Source: Eledone cirrhosa
Taxonomy: Eukaryota
Reading direction: 5' to 3'
DNA: 64,000 nucleotides
NCBI GenBank assembly: GCA_964016885.1
Contig: OZ024741.1
Span: 157,170,001 to 157,234,000, forward strand
The notes under the pieces were generated by a model. That model saw only the letters and a list, made by a program, of their open reading frames with translations. It was not told where the DNA came from and did not search any database. Position numbers and translations under genes: made by a program. Shown in pieces: positions 13,130 through 30,050 of this stretch; position 1 is the stretch's first letter; each line of letters begins with the position of its first letter.

Positions 13130-14880
13130 AATGTTTTGGACTTGGTTTTATAGACTTTGCCAGAGCTTCTAAATTGCAAGTATACATCGGTTTCGAAGTC
13201 CTGGAAGGCATATGTCAGCAGCATGGCAAAGTAGATGGAGAATAGGGTGTGTACAGCTACGTCACCTCGCTTGACGTTGTTTTCCACTGAAATTGGCTCT
13301 GAGAGTGTCCCATTAAAGTTAACGTTTGCTTTCATATCTTGATGGAGTTTTCTGAATATTCCAACAAACACATGAGGGAATCTAAGTTTCCCCAATATGA
13401 CCCACAATGAACTATGATTAACAATATGGACACTAAGTATAGTGATACTTGCTGCTCAACACACTTCTCCATAAGCTGACGAGATGAGAAAATCATGTCC
13501 ATAGTACCCTGCCCAGCTCTGAATCCACACTGGGTCCCAGGGATGGCACCGGGGCAGATCCATTTTATTAGACAATTTAGCAAGACCTTAGACAAGACTT
13601 TTCCTACCAATTAAAGCAGACTTATACCCCGATAATTACCATATTCACACTTGGACCCCTTGCCCTTGTAAATCGAGAGCAAAATTGCATCTACCCAGTC
13701 TTGCAGGACAGGCTCACCATGCCATACAGATAAGACTAGCCCATGAATGGCCATAGCAACATTGTCTCCGCCAAAGCAGATCAGCTCAACAGGTATACCA
13801 TCAAAACCTGGAGCTTTCCCTATGTTTATCTATTTGATAGTAGACCTTATATCATCAATGGTTGGATCATTCATCATTTCTGTTATAGTCTCCTTTTGTG
13901 GTAGTCCATTAATAATTTCCTCAATGGGTTGTCAAACAGATCTTTAAAGTGTTCGGTCCACCAACTCATGATTTCTGCTGGATATTTGATGAGGACGTTC
14001 CCATCTTCAATGGTGCCATTTTTGAGGGCTGTGAGCCAAAACCTGCCTTATTGCGCTGTATGATGCCTTCAAGTCTCTGCAGTTATAAGCCCTCTGCATC
14101 TCTGCAGTTATAATTCCTCTGCATCTCTGCTAAAACTTCAGACCACCAGTTATTCTTTATCTTTCATGTTTCACATTGCAGTTTTGATTTTGTTTCTTCG
14201 AAGGCCTTCTCAAAAATGGTCCTCACTGGACCCTCTGCAACAAGACACTTCTCATACAGCTTGTTCTTCTCTTCAATGAGCCAGTCTCAGTATTTTGTCT
14301 TCTTGAAGCCTAGTGCATCAACTCCATAAAATAACTGTTTGGGCAGCCTACCATCTTCCATCCTGATCTCATGACCAGCCAACACATCTAGTTCAAAATA
14401 ATCGTCCTTTCAATACTGCTGCTTTCCACTTTCTCAAGAGAAACAGTGAGTGGAGTATGCTGTTTTGAAGCACTCACTTCGTAAGTGGGGCCCTGCAGTG
14501 CCTGCAAAAATCAATCTGGAATTGAGGTGCAATTTACGTCGTCAATTTCTTCTAAAAAGAGCTGGTTTTGTCATCCATCTGAAATCACACAAACTAGGAA
14601 GAAATCGAGCCAACTGTGAGATGGTTCTACCGCCACTCACTCCACTGTACATTTGCAGTGAGGGTGGCTTAATTTGCAAGTCAGCTGGTGGACTGACCAG
14701 ACATGGTAGAATGCATGAAAACACACCCCCAGCTGGTATTGCCAGGAGACAGACAGTTCCAGCTTCACATCTGTGAATGTACCTGCAAAACAAAAGCAAG
14801 TCTGAAAAGTTACCTGTGTGCACATGATCGTGCAATGTTCAATGAAGGGATGGCACTCTTCTGACAAAAAGTAGCAATTA
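13130..14880 (-). mobile_element. Decayed RTE/BovB-like LINE with an internal inversion
   Basis: The minus strand has QCGFRAGQGTMDMIFSSRQLMEKC and GH..RMEDGRLPKQLFYG. The + strand at 14450-14850 has C-terminal C2H2-like fingers (CKSAGGLTRHGRMH). Confidence 0.75.
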
Positions 14881-16471
14881 TCATGTATGTATGTATATAA
14901 ATTATTACAGTCATTACTTGCCATCAAGTATGACTTTGTTATGTCCTTTTTGGGGTTTTTTAGGTGCCCATCACAAGCTAACAGTAAATGTTTTTGATCC
15001 TCTCTCCATTTATCCTGTGGAACATCAAGGATGTGACTGCTGGAAGTAGTAATGGTTGCACCAACACCAGGCTGTTACTTTCCTTATCAACCCTGAAATG
15101 ATGAAAGGCAAAATGAACCTCAGCAAGAAATCTGGAACAAATATCCAAAGCCTTTAATTACTTTTACGTTTTCTTTTCCATGCTTCCCTCATCCTCTCCT
15201 CTGTGAGTTTCAGTGAATTTGAATTAGCTCTCACATCTGTCAAAATCTTCCTTGGTATGCCACAACAAAAAGCACCCAGTCCACCCTCTAAAATGTTTGT
15301 GTTGGTGACATGACAAAAAGTACCCAGTCCAACCTGTCAGTTGGTAGTTTTGATACCCCAATAAAAAGTACCTAGTCCACATTGTAAATGCAGTTGGCAT
15401 TACGAAGGGTATCCAGCCAGAAACAGTTCTGTGTGAGCAAGACATGGTCATCTGATCTGACTTGTCTCACAATGAGATAACTCGTCCATCCCAGTATGGA
15501 AAAATGGACATTAAATGGTGGTGGTGATGATGATGATGATGATGATGAGAATCATTCTCTCTTTAAATCTTTGAATTTCAACTCACCAATCATTATTCTT
15601 TAGAAACTGTTCCCATCTTTACTCTTTCCACTTCTATCCATACCATCCACTCTCCTTTCTCACATCACCCTGTCAAACCTCACCACAAGTATCATACGCC
15701 CATAATATCATCTTATTGATGCCCTCCCAATACATTTCAATTGAGACAAGCTCTACAGTCAAGTTAATGACCAACAACTTCCTTGTTGCCATGTAAAGTG
15801 CACCCAGTACATGCTGGGAAGTGGTTGGTAATAGGAAGGGTATTCAGTTGTAGAAACCATGCCAAAACTGGTGAGAGAACTCTTCAATTGTGTCAAGGGC
15901 ATGACAACCTATTTAGTGTTGGTGCCTCAATAAAATGTACTTGGTACACTCTGTAAAATGGTTGGGGATAGGAAGTGCATCCAGTCATAGAAAAGTTATC
16001 AAACAAAGGGTTGAGAGGACTCTTCAATTGTATCACCCAACTGCTGGTGCCATGATGAAATGCTTCCAATGTACTCTTTAAAGTACAGGAACATATGTAA
16101 AGTGAGGTGTTGGCTCTTAGGTCATCTAAGAGGTTATTAGCTCTGATTAAATACTGACCTGGTCTGTAATGACCCAGTCAAACCTTACCAGTAAGAAAAA
16201 TGAGCATTAAATAATGATGATGATGATGATGAAACACAGTACAAAACATATGGGTAGACTGCTGTGGAGAGGCTATGTTATACCAGGAATCTAAACATAC
16301 CATCATATGTCTGTGGAATATTCCACCACTTATACTATAATAAAAATGGATTATATCTGTAACTCAAAAACCATCATGATGATGTCATAATTTCAGCTAC
16401 TGTTAATCTCATATATAACTAACAGTGGAGACTTCTGGTGTCCTTGGTCCTAGGGCCACATCCCTACTCAC

Positions 16472-16628
16472 CACCATCGGCACAGAGTTGGCTACCCGCA
16501 GGTGTGAGCCTCACAAACTGGAATGGCTCTTCCAGCGTGTCTCCCTCACCATCGTCTGAGGAAACGCCTTCTCTATTCTGTCCGCCAGAGCCGCGGGGCA
16601 GCCAGTGTGTGGGCCCACATTTGCTCAT
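16472..16628 (-). CDS. Candidate first coding exon of an unidentified minus-strand gene (MSKCGPTHWLPRGSGGQNREGVSSDDGEGDTLEEPFQFVRLTPAGSQLCADG)
   Basis: GC-rich unique island with acceptor tactccag| at 16701 and donor G|gtgagt at 16472. Only the frame from ATG 16628 is open from an ATG through to the donor. No homologue recognised. Confidence 0.5.
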
Positions 16629-17229
16629 AGTAGTGAGAAATGGGGAGAGCAGGAGAGATGGAGGCAGTGACAGTGGGCGTTTGGTTCATTTGTGTTCAGA
16701 CCTGGAGTATATGTATATGTTTCACAGATACACAGTCACACTGAGGATTGCACTAACAGAAATAACAAATAATTGAATGATTAATAATTCTTTGTTTCTA
16801 TCATCTGATCAACTCTGATCAATCAAACCAGATCAAGATAATAATCCCATATTAGGCAGAAAATATCATTTTGAGCAGTCAAAAAAAATAATCAGAAAAA
16901 ATTAAAAATCTGAAAAACAAGTTGAATGTTTGTATTTTTTAATACAATGATGAAATAATGTTGAATTATGAATTATTATTAGTTGCTAATGGGGAGAAAT
17001 GTTTGAAGCTGTGTGAAGCCAATCAGAGAACAACTAGTAATAATGTAATTAATGAACACCTGCGATATTGTAATAAATGAGGACACAGCTAGAGCTGAGG
17101 TCATCTCAGATTCAGTCCTTCTGCACTGCATCTTTGACCAGTGTCTTTACCAGCCTTGGGTTGACCTAAGCTTTGTAAATGAAATTGGGTAGACAGAAAC
17201 TGTGTGGAAGCCCATCAAATGAACAGTAG

Positions 17230-17670
17230 CTGTAATTCAAAAGGTTCAAGCTTGTCATACACTGTATCATTCTGAACCCCTAAGAGAATTACAGTGAAGC
17301 ACTTAACCAGTTACACTACAATACAAAATGGACTATATGTGTATAGTGATGCTGAATCTTCTGGAGAATTACTTTGATGGTGCATGTGCCTGTGGAACAC
17401 TCAACCACTTACACTATAATACAAGATGGACTATACCTGTAACTTAAAAACCCAGCCTTGTCACAAAATGTATTGTGCTGAATAACCTTGAAAATTACTT
17501 TGATGGCACACTTGTCTGTGTAATACTTACTCACTTACATTACAATATAAGATGGACTGTAACTGTTATCCAAAGGCCAGCCACTGTGTCATGCTGAGTT
17601 TCCCTGAGAATTACATTATGAGTGCATATGTCTGTAGAATACTCAGCCACTTACATGTTAATTTCATGTG
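17230..17670. repeat. Degenerate tandem copies of a ~110-130 bp dispersed repeat
   Basis: Recurrent gagaattac...tgtggaa.actca.ccacttacac.a.aatacaagatggactata. Confidence 0.65.
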
Positions 17671-18684
17671 TCAAATATACAGTTAACTGAACAACTAAAT
17701 TCTCATCATCAAAATCAATCAAAAATCCATCAGTTCATTCAGTAAGTAATTGAAGGTAGAAGACTTTTGCCTGAAATATTTTCCTTCAGCCTAGAAGAAT
17801 GACCTCAAGAAACCTAACTTCACGAAGGAGATGACACTGGACTGAGTTGACTGGTGATATGCCATAATACATAAGGGAGAGAAAGACAACGGAAGACATG
17901 GGAAGAAGTTGTGAAGAAGAATCTCAAGAAACGGAATCTTGTGAAAGAGATGATACTGTACCAAGCTAACTGGTGATATGTCATAATACATAAGACCCAT
18001 TCACCAGTTCAAGCACTACAACATTAAAGTAAATATGGTAAACGACTGAAAGTAAGTGCTTGGCAACCAAATTGAGACAATATAGTGTTGAAGAGAACTC
18101 TTCAGTCTGGACAAGCATATGACAACCTCTTAGTGTTGATGTCACAATAAATTATACACAGTTCACTCTGTAAAATATTAGTGTTGGTGTCATGATAAAA
18201 TGTATCCTCCAAACCCTGTAAAGTGTTAGTGTTAATGTCATGGTAAAATGCACCCTGTCCACTCTGGAAAGTGTTAGTGTTGGCATCAAGCTAAAATGCA
18301 TCCAATCCACTCTGCAAGCTGGTTGACATTTGGAAGGGCATCCAACCATAGAAACATGCCAAATATCGAACATATGGGCAAGATAAGGCTGTTCTGACCT
18401 GTCTACTCTTAAATTGTGACAACCCATCCAACCCATGCCAACATGCATGAAAAGCAGGCATAAAATGATGATGATGATATTATCAACTCCTACATTTGGA
18501 CTGCAAGAATAATTACTCAAAATAATCTGGAAAAATCCCAACAACAACAGCAAAGAACCTTTCAATTCAAGTGGCTTAAAATTTCTGGGAAGTATTTAAA
18601 ATAGCCCAAATGAGTTATTAATAATATATTAACATGAAGATAAAATTGCTAAATAATCCTAAACATGATTCTTAAATACAGATG

Positions 18685-18945
18685 CAAGCATGGCTGTGTG
18701 GTTAAAGAGTTTGCTTTACAGCCATGTGGTTGTGGGTTCACTCCCATTGTGTCGCACTTTAGGCAAATGCCTTCTATGATAGTATGCTTGAGTTGACCAA
18801 TGACCTGTGAGTGAAATTTGGTAGACAAAAACTGCAGAAGCCTGTTGTGCCAGCATGGAAATTGGATGTCAAATGGTGAAGATGATGACAATGATGGTGA
18901 TGACGATGATGATGATGCTGATAATGATGATGATGATGATGACAG
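18685..18945 (+). mobile_element. tRNA-derived SINE with an RTE-like (GAT)n tail
   Basis: A-box-like tggctgtgtggtt, B-box-like gggttcactccc, 3' cagcatggaa...gatgatgat. Confidence 0.65.
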
Positions 18946-19439
18946 TGATGTGCATGTGCTTAGATGTGTTTATATTTCGTAACCTAGCAGTTCAACAAAA
19001 AAGTGATTGATAAAATATGTATCAGGCTTGAAAAAATGGATACCGAGATTGATATGATTGGCTAAACTAAAGTGGTGCCCCAGCATGGCCACGGTTTAAT
19101 GACTGAAAGCAGTAAAAGAATAAAGCCAATAATGAAGTGCTTTATAAGTGTATGATGAGTGGTGAAAAGGAAGGAGTCTTTACATGCTTGTAGGTGTTGT
19201 TGCTTTTGCTTAGCCTCCAAAACAGCCATTTGATGGAGGCAGACGTGTGATAAAAAGTATTCAAGCTATGACTAAACCAGGAACCCAGCAAAACTTTATC
19301 CAATGTGTTATTTTTTTTAAGAGGCTACCATGAAATCTGAGATAGATTTGGCTTCTATTTTTAGCAACTCAAGTAACTATCTAGACATTCAAGACATGAT
19401 TTATTTTGTTGTTTTGTATCTATCGGCAATACTTGCACA

Positions 19440-19710
19440 TTAGACAACCTATCTAAGAGAGAGGTTATTACATATAAAAACTACACATGGATGATGTGGA
19501 TTCCATAAGCTGTTGTGAAAATAACCTAAGAGAGAAGTTGCTCCATATAAAAACTATGCAGGGTAGACATGAACTCCATTAGTGAAGGCAAACTATATAG
19601 GATAGCAGTTACTCTCAATAAATATGACTGCATAGGGTAGATATGGACTCCATAAATTGCAGCAAAAGCAACCCATAAAGGAGTGATGTCACTTTAAATA
19701 AAAACTGATA
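19440..19710. repeat. Degenerate ~75-bp tandem repeat, about 3.5 copies
   Basis: Recurrent aacct..aagagag..gtt....atataaaaact...gggtaga.atg.actccat. Confidence 0.55.
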
Positions 19711-20397
19711 CTGGCAGCAGGATAAAATACATTCAGTTCATATTGTGAAGTAGTTGGTCATGGGGAAGGCATCCAGCCAGTAAAACTATGTTGAAATTCT
19801 GAAAAGTACAGCTCATTCTATAAACCCTAATTGCATATATGTCCAACCCCTGGATGCATGGAAAGGTGAAAATAAGAATGATAATGATAATGATGTATCA
19901 AAAAAAGAAAAATAGATAATGTAAGTACAAGATACTTTTGAAAAGACTGGATTGTCATGGCTAGAATGCCATTCAATTAATAGGCTCACTCAATCAGTTT
20001 TTACCTGGAGCTAAACAATGATGCAGCATGGGCTCTCCATGCACTTTTTGCACCCTTGCCTTATGGCATTAATTTGTGTCTGTGAAGGCCATAGGCTGCT
20101 TCTTCTTCTAAACCTACCAAGTAAAAAAAAAAAAATTAACAAGCATGAGAGGCCGAAGAAATATTTATGCCCCGTCATATCTCACTAAACAACAACAATT
20201 GCTAATTTATAATGAAATCTCTAAATATGATTTGGTTGTATTTTTAAAAAGCAGTGTTGTGCAATTACAGCAAAATCATTAATTCATTATAATTAGCAAT
20301 ATGGATTTTAATAATAAACATTAAAGATTCAAGATTATCAAAGATTACTGTAAGAGAGGTTTAGAAAAGATAATTTAACAAGAATAGGGGATTGTCA

Positions 20398-20760
20398 ATA
20401 ATAATAATTTCTTTCATTGGCCACAAGAGCTCAAGAAAAGGACAAAAACAACATAGAGGTTTACATCATTTAAAGGAACAGGAACATCAGCAAAGAGAAA
20501 ACAATGGATACAACAATAATAGAAATAGTAAAAAATATCCATAACAATAGTAAACAACAAATGTCAACTAGGACCAATTCCTGTCACCTTTAGTTATTCA
20601 CTAAATGGGTGTGTGAGGGCAAGGTACTTTTTCTGGATGATGGCACCAGAATTACCAAATGTTCTTCATGTATGGACACATAACTCCTGGTGAAGTTGTA
20701 GGGGCACCATAGTGACTTGGGCGCATTTTAAACCTGGCAGAGTCCATCCCTCTCTAGGTC
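20398..20760 (-). mobile_element. Old Tx1-like 3' end remnant
   Basis: The reverse complement ends ttgtcc...cttgtggccaatgaaagaaattattatt, like the Tx1 tail at 2630-2675. Confidence 0.5.
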
Positions 20761-21299
20761 TAAACACACCCAATTTTTTCTAGAGAGAGAGAGGAGTGAA
20801 CTGGTACTATTTTTCATCAACCTCAAAAGGATGATAGGCAAAGTTAACCATGCCAGTTTTGAATGCAGAGTAGAAAGCCAGATCTAATACTGCAAGCTAT
20901 TCTATTCAATGCTCTAACAAATGTGTTAATTTGCTGCCTCATTGTACTTCATATCACAAGTAAAAAATCACAAAATTCATCCATAGCAGGAAATTTAATT
21001 TATGCCATAATTTTTGTGTAATGTTACAATCATATTCTTTTATTCTTTTATTCTTTTATTCAGCCATAATACTTCAGCTATACTAGGATATCGCCTTGAA
21101 GACATTTTTAGTAGATATATTAGCCCCAGTACTAAGTTTTTTTCAAATTGACTGGTTATTATTTTATCAATCTCTTTTTGTTAAACAGCTATGTCATGGG
21201 ATATAAAGAAACAATAAACATAAACACAAATTTATAATCGAATAAATTCCTCTTAACCTTTCAGCCATGCTTGTCAATCACAAATAACATAGGGTTAAG

Positions 21300-24200
21300 C
21301 AATACCAACACCACCACCACCATAAATAACACCAACATCAACATCACCACCACCATAAACAACACCAACATCAATGCCACCACCACCATAAATAACACCA
21401 ACATCAACATCACCACCACCATAAACAACACAAACACCAATGCCACCACCACCATAAATAACACCAACATCAACATCACCACCACCATAAACAACACCAA
21501 CACCAATGCCACCACCACCATAAATAACACCAACATCAACATCACCACCACCATAAACAATAACAACACTAACACCAATGCCACCACCACCATAAACAAT
21601 AACAACACTAACATCAACATCACCACCACCATAAACAATAACAACACTAACATCAACATCACCACCACCATAAACAATAACAACACTAACACCAATGCCA
21701 CCACCACCATAAACAATAACAACACTAACATCAACATCACCACCACCATAAACAATAACAACACTAACACCAATGCCACCACCTCCATAAACAATAACAA
21801 CACTAACATCAACATCACCACCACCATAAACAATAACAACACTAATACCAATGCCACCACCACCATAAACGATAACAACACTAACATCAACATCACCACC
21901 ACCATAAACAATAACAACACTAACACCAATGCCACCACCACCATAAACAATAACAACACTAACACCAATGCCACCACCACCATAAACAATAACAACACTA
22001 ACATCAACATCACCACCACCATAAACAATAACAACACTAACACCAATGCCACCACCACCATAAACAATAACAACACTAACATCAACATCACCACCACCAT
22101 AAACAATAACAACACTAACACCAATGCCACCACCACCATAAACAATAACAACACTAACATCAACATCACCACCACCATAAACAATAACAAAACTAACACC
22201 AATGCCACCACCACCATAAACAATAACAACACTAACATCAACATCACCACCACCATAAACAATAACAACACTAACATCAACATCACCACCACCATAAACA
22301 ATATCAACACTAACATCAACATCACCACCAGCATAAACAATATCAACACTAACATCAACATCACCACCAGCATAAACAATAACAACACTAACATCAACAT
22401 CACCACCACCATAAACAATATCAACACTAACATCAACATCACCACCACCATAAACAATAACAACACTAACATCAACATCACCACCACCATAAACAATAAC
22501 AACACTAACATCAACATCACCACCACCATAAACAATAACAACACTAACATCAACATCACCACCACCATAAACAATAACAACACTAACATCAACATCACCA
22601 CCACCATAAACAATAACAACACTAACATCAACATCACCACCACCATAAACAATAACAACACTAACATCAACATCACCACCACCATAAACAATAACAACAC
22701 TAACATCAACATCACCACCAGCATAAACAACACTAACATCAACATCACCACCACCATAAACAATAACAACACTAACATCAACATCACCACCACCATAAAC
22801 AATAACAACACTAACATCAACATCACCACCACCATAAACAATAACAACACTAACATCAACATCACCACCACCATAAATAATAACAACACTAACACCAATG
22901 CCACCACCACCATAAACAATAACAAAACTAACACCAATGCCACCACCACTATAAACAATAACAACACTAACATCAACATCACCACCACCATAAACAATAA
23001 CAACACTAACATCAACATCACCACCACCATAAACAATAACAACACTAACACCAATGCCACCACCACCATAAACAATAACAACACTAACATCAACATCACC
23101 ACCACCATAAACAATAACAACACTAACACCAATGCCACCACCACCATAAACAATAACAACACTAACATCAACATCACCACCACCATAAACAATAACAACA
23201 CTAACAACAATGCCACCACTACCATAAACAATAACAACACTAACATCAACATCACCACCACCATAAACAATAACAACACTAACACCAATACCACCACCAC
23301 CATAAACAATAACAACACTAACATCAACATCACCACCACCATAAACAATAACAACACTAACACCAATGCCACCACCACCATAAACAATAACAACACTAAC
23401 ATCAACATCACCACCACCATAAACAATAACAACACTAACACCAATGCCACCACCACCATAAACAATAACAACACTAACATCAACATCACCACCACCATAA
23501 ACAATAACAACACTAACACCAATGCCACCACCACCATAAACAATAACAACACTAACATCAACATCACCACCACCATAAACAATAACAACACTAACACCAA
23601 TGCCACCACCACCATAAACAATAACAACACTAACATCAACATCACCACCACCATAAACAATAACAACACTAACACCAATGCCACCACCTCCATAAACAAT
23701 AACAACACTAACATCAACATCACCACCACCATAAACAATAACAACACTAACACCAATGCCACCACCACCATAAACAATAACAACACTAACATCAACATCA
23801 CCACCACCATAAACAATAACAAAACTAACACCAATGCCACCACCACCATAAACAATAACAACACTAACATCAACATCACCACCACCATAAACAATAACAA
23901 CACTAACATCAACATCACCACCACCATAAACAATATCAACACTAACATCAACATCACCACCAGCATAAACAATATCAACACTAACATCAACATCACCACC
24001 AGCATAAACAATAACAACACTAACATCAACATCACCACCACCATAAACAATATCAACACTAACATCAACATCACCACCACCATAAACAATAACAACACTA
24101 ACATCAACATCACCACCACCATAAACAATAACAACACTAACATCAACATCACCACCACCATAAACAATAACAACACTAACATCAACATCACCACCACCAT

Positions 24201-27200
24201 AAACAATAACAACACTAACATCAACATCACCACCACCATAAACAATAACAACACTAACATCAACATCACCACCACCATAAACAATAACAACACTAACATC
24301 AACATCACCACCACCATAAACAATAACAACACTAACATCAACATCACCACCAGCATAAACAACACTAACATCAACATCACCACCACCATAAACAATAACA
24401 ACACTAACATCAACATCACCACCACCATAAACAATAACAACACTAACATCAACATCACCACCACCATAAACAATAACAACACTAACATCAACATCACCAC
24501 CACCATAAATAATAACAACACTAACACCAATGCCACCACCACCATAAACAATAACAAAACTAACACCAATGCCACCACCACTATAAACAATAACAACACT
24601 AACATCAACATCACCACCAGCATAAACAACACTAACATCAACATCACCACCACCATAAACAATAACAACACTAACATCAACATCACCACCACCATAAACA
24701 ATAACAACACTAACATCAACATCACCACCACCATAAACAATAACAACACTAACATCAACATCACCACCACCATAAACAATAACAACACTAACACCAATGC
24801 CACCACCACCATAAACAATAACAACACTAACATCAACATCACCACCACCATAAACAATAACAACACTAACACCAATGCCACCACCACCATAAACAATAAC
24901 AACACTAACATCAACATCACCACCACCATAAACAATAACAACACTAACAACAATGCCACCACTACCATAAACAATAACAACACTAACATCAACATCACCA
25001 CCACCATAAACAATAACAACACTAACACCAATACCACCACCACCATAAACAATAACAACACTAACATCAACATCACCACCACCATAAACAATAACAACAC
25101 TAACACCAATGCCACCACCACCATAAACAATAACAACACTAACATCAACATCACCACCACCATAAACAATAACAACACTAACACCAATGCCACCACCACC
25201 ATAAGCAATAACAACACTAACATCAACATCACCACCACCATAAACAATAACAACACTAACACCAATGCCACCACCACCATAAACAATAACAACACTAACA
25301 TCAACATCACCACCACCATAAACAATAACAACACTAACATCAACATCACCACCACCATAAACAATAACAACACTAACACCAATGCCACCACCACCATAAA
25401 CAATAACAACACTAACATCAACATCACCACCACCATAAACAATAACAACACTAACATCAACATCACCACCACCATAAACAATAACAACACTAACATCAAC
25501 ATCACCACCACCATAAACAATAACAACACTAACACCAATGCCACCACCACCATAAACAATAACAACACTAACATCAACATCACCACCACCATAAACAATA
25601 ACAACACTAACATCAACATCACCACCACCATAAACAATAACAACACTAACATCAACATCACCACCACCATAAACAATAACAACACTAACACCAATGCCAC
25701 CACCACCATAAACAATAACAACACTAACATCAACATCACCACCACCATAAACAATAACAACACTAACATCAACATCACCACCACCATAAACAATAACAAC
25801 ACTAACATCAACATCACCACCACCATAAACAATAACAACACTAACATCAACATCACCACCACCATAAACAATAACAACACTAACACCAATGCCACCACCA
25901 CCATAAACAATAACAACACTAACATCAACATCACCACCACCATAAACAATAACAACACTAACATCAACATCACCACCACCATAAACAATAACAACACTAA
26001 CACCAATGCCACCACCACCATAAACAATAACAACACTAACATCAACATCACCACCACCATAAACAATAACAACACTAACATCAACATCACCACCACCATA
26101 AACAATAACAACACTAACATCAACATCACCACCACCATAAACAATAACAACACTAACATCAACATCACCACCACCATAAACAATAACAACACTAACACCA
26201 ATGCCACCACCACCATAAACAATAACAACACTAACATCAACATCACCACCACCATAAACAATAACAACACTAACATCAACATCACCACCACCATAAACAA
26301 TAACAACACTAACACCAATGCCACCACCACCATAAACAATAACAACACTAACATCAACATCACCACCACCATAAACAATAACAACACTAACATCAACATC
26401 ACCACCACCATAAACAATAACAACACTAACATCAACATCACCACCACCATAAACAATAACAACACTAACACCAATGCCACCACCACCATAAACAATAACA
26501 ACACTAACATCAACATCACCACCACCATAAACAATAACAACACTAACATCAACATCACCACCACCATAAACAATAACAACACTAACATCAACATCACCAC
26601 CACCATAAACAATAACAACACTAACATCAACATCACCACCACCATAAACAATAACAACACTAACACCAATGCCACCACCACCATAAACAATAACAACACT
26701 AACATCAACATCACCACCACCATAAACAATAACAACACTAACATCAACATCACCACCACCATAAACAATAACAACACTAACATCAACATCACCACCACCA
26801 TAAACAATAACAACACTAACATCAACATCACCACCACCATAAACAATAACAACACTAACACCAATGCCACCACCACCATAAACAATAACAACACTAACAT
26901 CAACATCACCACCACCATAAACAATAACAACACTAACACCAATGCCACCACCTCCATAAACAATAACAACACTAACATCAACATCACCACCACCATAAAC
27001 AATAACAACACTAACACCAATGCCACCACCTCCATAAACAATAACAACACTAACATCAACATCACCACCACCATAAACAATAACAACACTAACACCAATG
27101 CCACCACCTCCATAAACAATAACAACACTAACATCAACATCACCACCACCATAAACAATAACAACACTAACACCAATGCCACCACCTCCATAAACAATAA

Positions 27201-30050
27201 CAACACTAACATCAACATCACCACCACCATAAACAATAACAACACTAACACCAATGCCACCACCTCCATAAACAATAACAACACTAACATCAACATCACC
27301 ACCACCATAAACAATAACAACACTAACACCAATGCCACCACCACCATAAACAATAACAACACTAACATCAACATCACCACCACCATAAACAATAACAACA
27401 CTAACACCAATGCCACCACCTCCATAAACAATAACAACACTAACATCAACATCACCACCACCATAAACAATAACAACACTAACACCAATGCCACCACCAC
27501 CATAAACAATAACAACACTAACATCAACATCACCACCACCATAAACAATAACAACACTAACACCAATGCCACCACCACCATAAACAATAACAACACTAAC
27601 ATCAACATCACCACCACCATAAACAATAACAACACTAACACCAATGCCACCACCACCATAAACAATAACAACACTAACATCAACATCACCACCACCATAA
27701 ACAATAACAACACTAACACCAATGCCACCACCACCATAAACAATAACAACACTAACATCAACATCACCACCACCATAAATAATAACAACACTAACACCAA
27801 TGCCACCACCACCATAAACAATAACAACACTAACACCAATGCCACCACCACCATAAACAATAACAACACTAACACCAATGCCACCACCACCATAAACAAT
27901 AACAACACTAACATCAACATCACCACCACCATAAACAATAACAACACTAACACCAATGCCACCACCACCATAAACAATAACAACACTAACATCAACATCA
28001 CCACCACCATAAACAATAACAACACTAACACCAATGCCACCACCACCATAAACAATAACAACACTAACATCAACATCACCACCACCATAAATAATAACAA
28101 CACTAACACCAATGCCACCACCACCATAAACAATAACAACACTAACACCAATGCCACCACCACTATAAACAATAACAACACTAACATCAACATCACCACC
28201 ACCATAAACAATAACAACACTAACATCAACATCACCACCACCATAAACAATATCAACACTAACATCAACATCACCACCAGCATAAACAATATCAACACTA
28301 ACATCAACATCACCACCAGCATAAACAATATCAACACTAACATCAACATCACCACCAGCATAAACAATAACAACACTAACATCAACATCACCACCACCAT
28401 AAACAATAACAACACTAACATCAACATCACCACCACCATAAACAATAACAACACTAACACCAATGCCACCACCACCATAAACAATAACAACACTAACATC
28501 AACATCACCACCACCATAAACAATATCAACACTAACATCAACATCACCACCAGCATAAACAATAACAACACTAACATCAACATCACCACCACCATAAACA
28601 ATAACAACACTAACACCAATGCCACCACCACCATAAACAATAACAACACTAACATCAACATCACCACCACCATAAACAATAACAAAACTAACACCAATGC
28701 CACCACCACCATAAACAATAACAACACTAACATCAACATCACCACCACCATAAACAATAACAACACTAACATCAACATCACCACCACCATAAACAATATC
28801 AACACTAACATCAACATCACCACCAGCATAAACAATATCAACACTAACATCAACATCACCACCAGCATAAACAATAACAACACTAACATCAACATCACCA
28901 CCACCATAAACAATAACAACACTAACATCAACATCACCACCACCATAAACAATAACAACACTAACACCAATGCCACCACCACCATAAACAATAACAACAC
29001 TAACATCAACATCACCACCACCATAAACAATATCAACACTAACATCAACATCACCACCAGCATAAACAATAACAACACTAACATCAACATCACCACCACC
29101 ATAAACAATATCAACACTAACACCAATGCCACCACCACCATAAACAATAACAACACTAACATCAACATCACCACCAGCATAAACAATAACAACACTAACA
29201 TCAACATCACCACCACCATAAACAATAACAACACTAACAATAACAACACTAACATCAACATCACCACCACCATAAACAATAACAACACTAACATCAACAT
29301 CACCACCACCATAAACAATAACAACACTAACATCAACATCACCACCACCATAAACAATATCAACACTAACATCAACATCACCACCAGCATAAACAATAAC
29401 AACACTAACATCAACATCACCACCACCATAAACAATATCAACACTAACATCAACATCACCACCAGCATAAACAATAACAACACTAACATCAACATCACCA
29501 CCACCATAAACAATAACAACACTAACATCAACATCACCACCAGCATAAACAATAACAACACTAACATCAACATCACCACCAGCATAAACAATATCAACAC
29601 TAACATCAACATCACCACCAGCATAAACAATAACAACACTAACATCAACATCACCACCACCATAAACAATAACAACACTAACATCAACATCACCACCAGC
29701 ATAAACAATATCAACACTAACATCAACATCACCACCAGCATAAACAATAACAACACTAACATCAACATCACCACCACCATAAACAATAACAACACTAACA
29801 TCAACATCACCACCACCATAAACAATAACAACACTAACATCAACATCACCACCACCATAAACAATAACAACACTAACATCAACATCACCACCACCATAAA
29901 CAATAACAACACTAACATCAACATCACCACCACCATAAACAATAACAACATTAACATCAATATCACCACCACCATAAACAAGAACAACACTAACATCAAC
30001 ATCACCACCAGCATAAACAAGAACAACACTAACATCTTCACAACTAACAA
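21300..30050. repeat. 8.8 kb minisatellite, 39-bp unit (33-bp units at the left edge), two main variants
   Basis: ATAAACAATAACAACACTAAC(ATCAACATC|ACCAATGCC)ACCACCACC repeated about 225 times. Confidence 0.98.

Noticed and set aside
16741-16780. CTGAGGA...GAAA hammerhead-like match
   Set aside because: Stem II is only 2 bp and there is no stem I or III.
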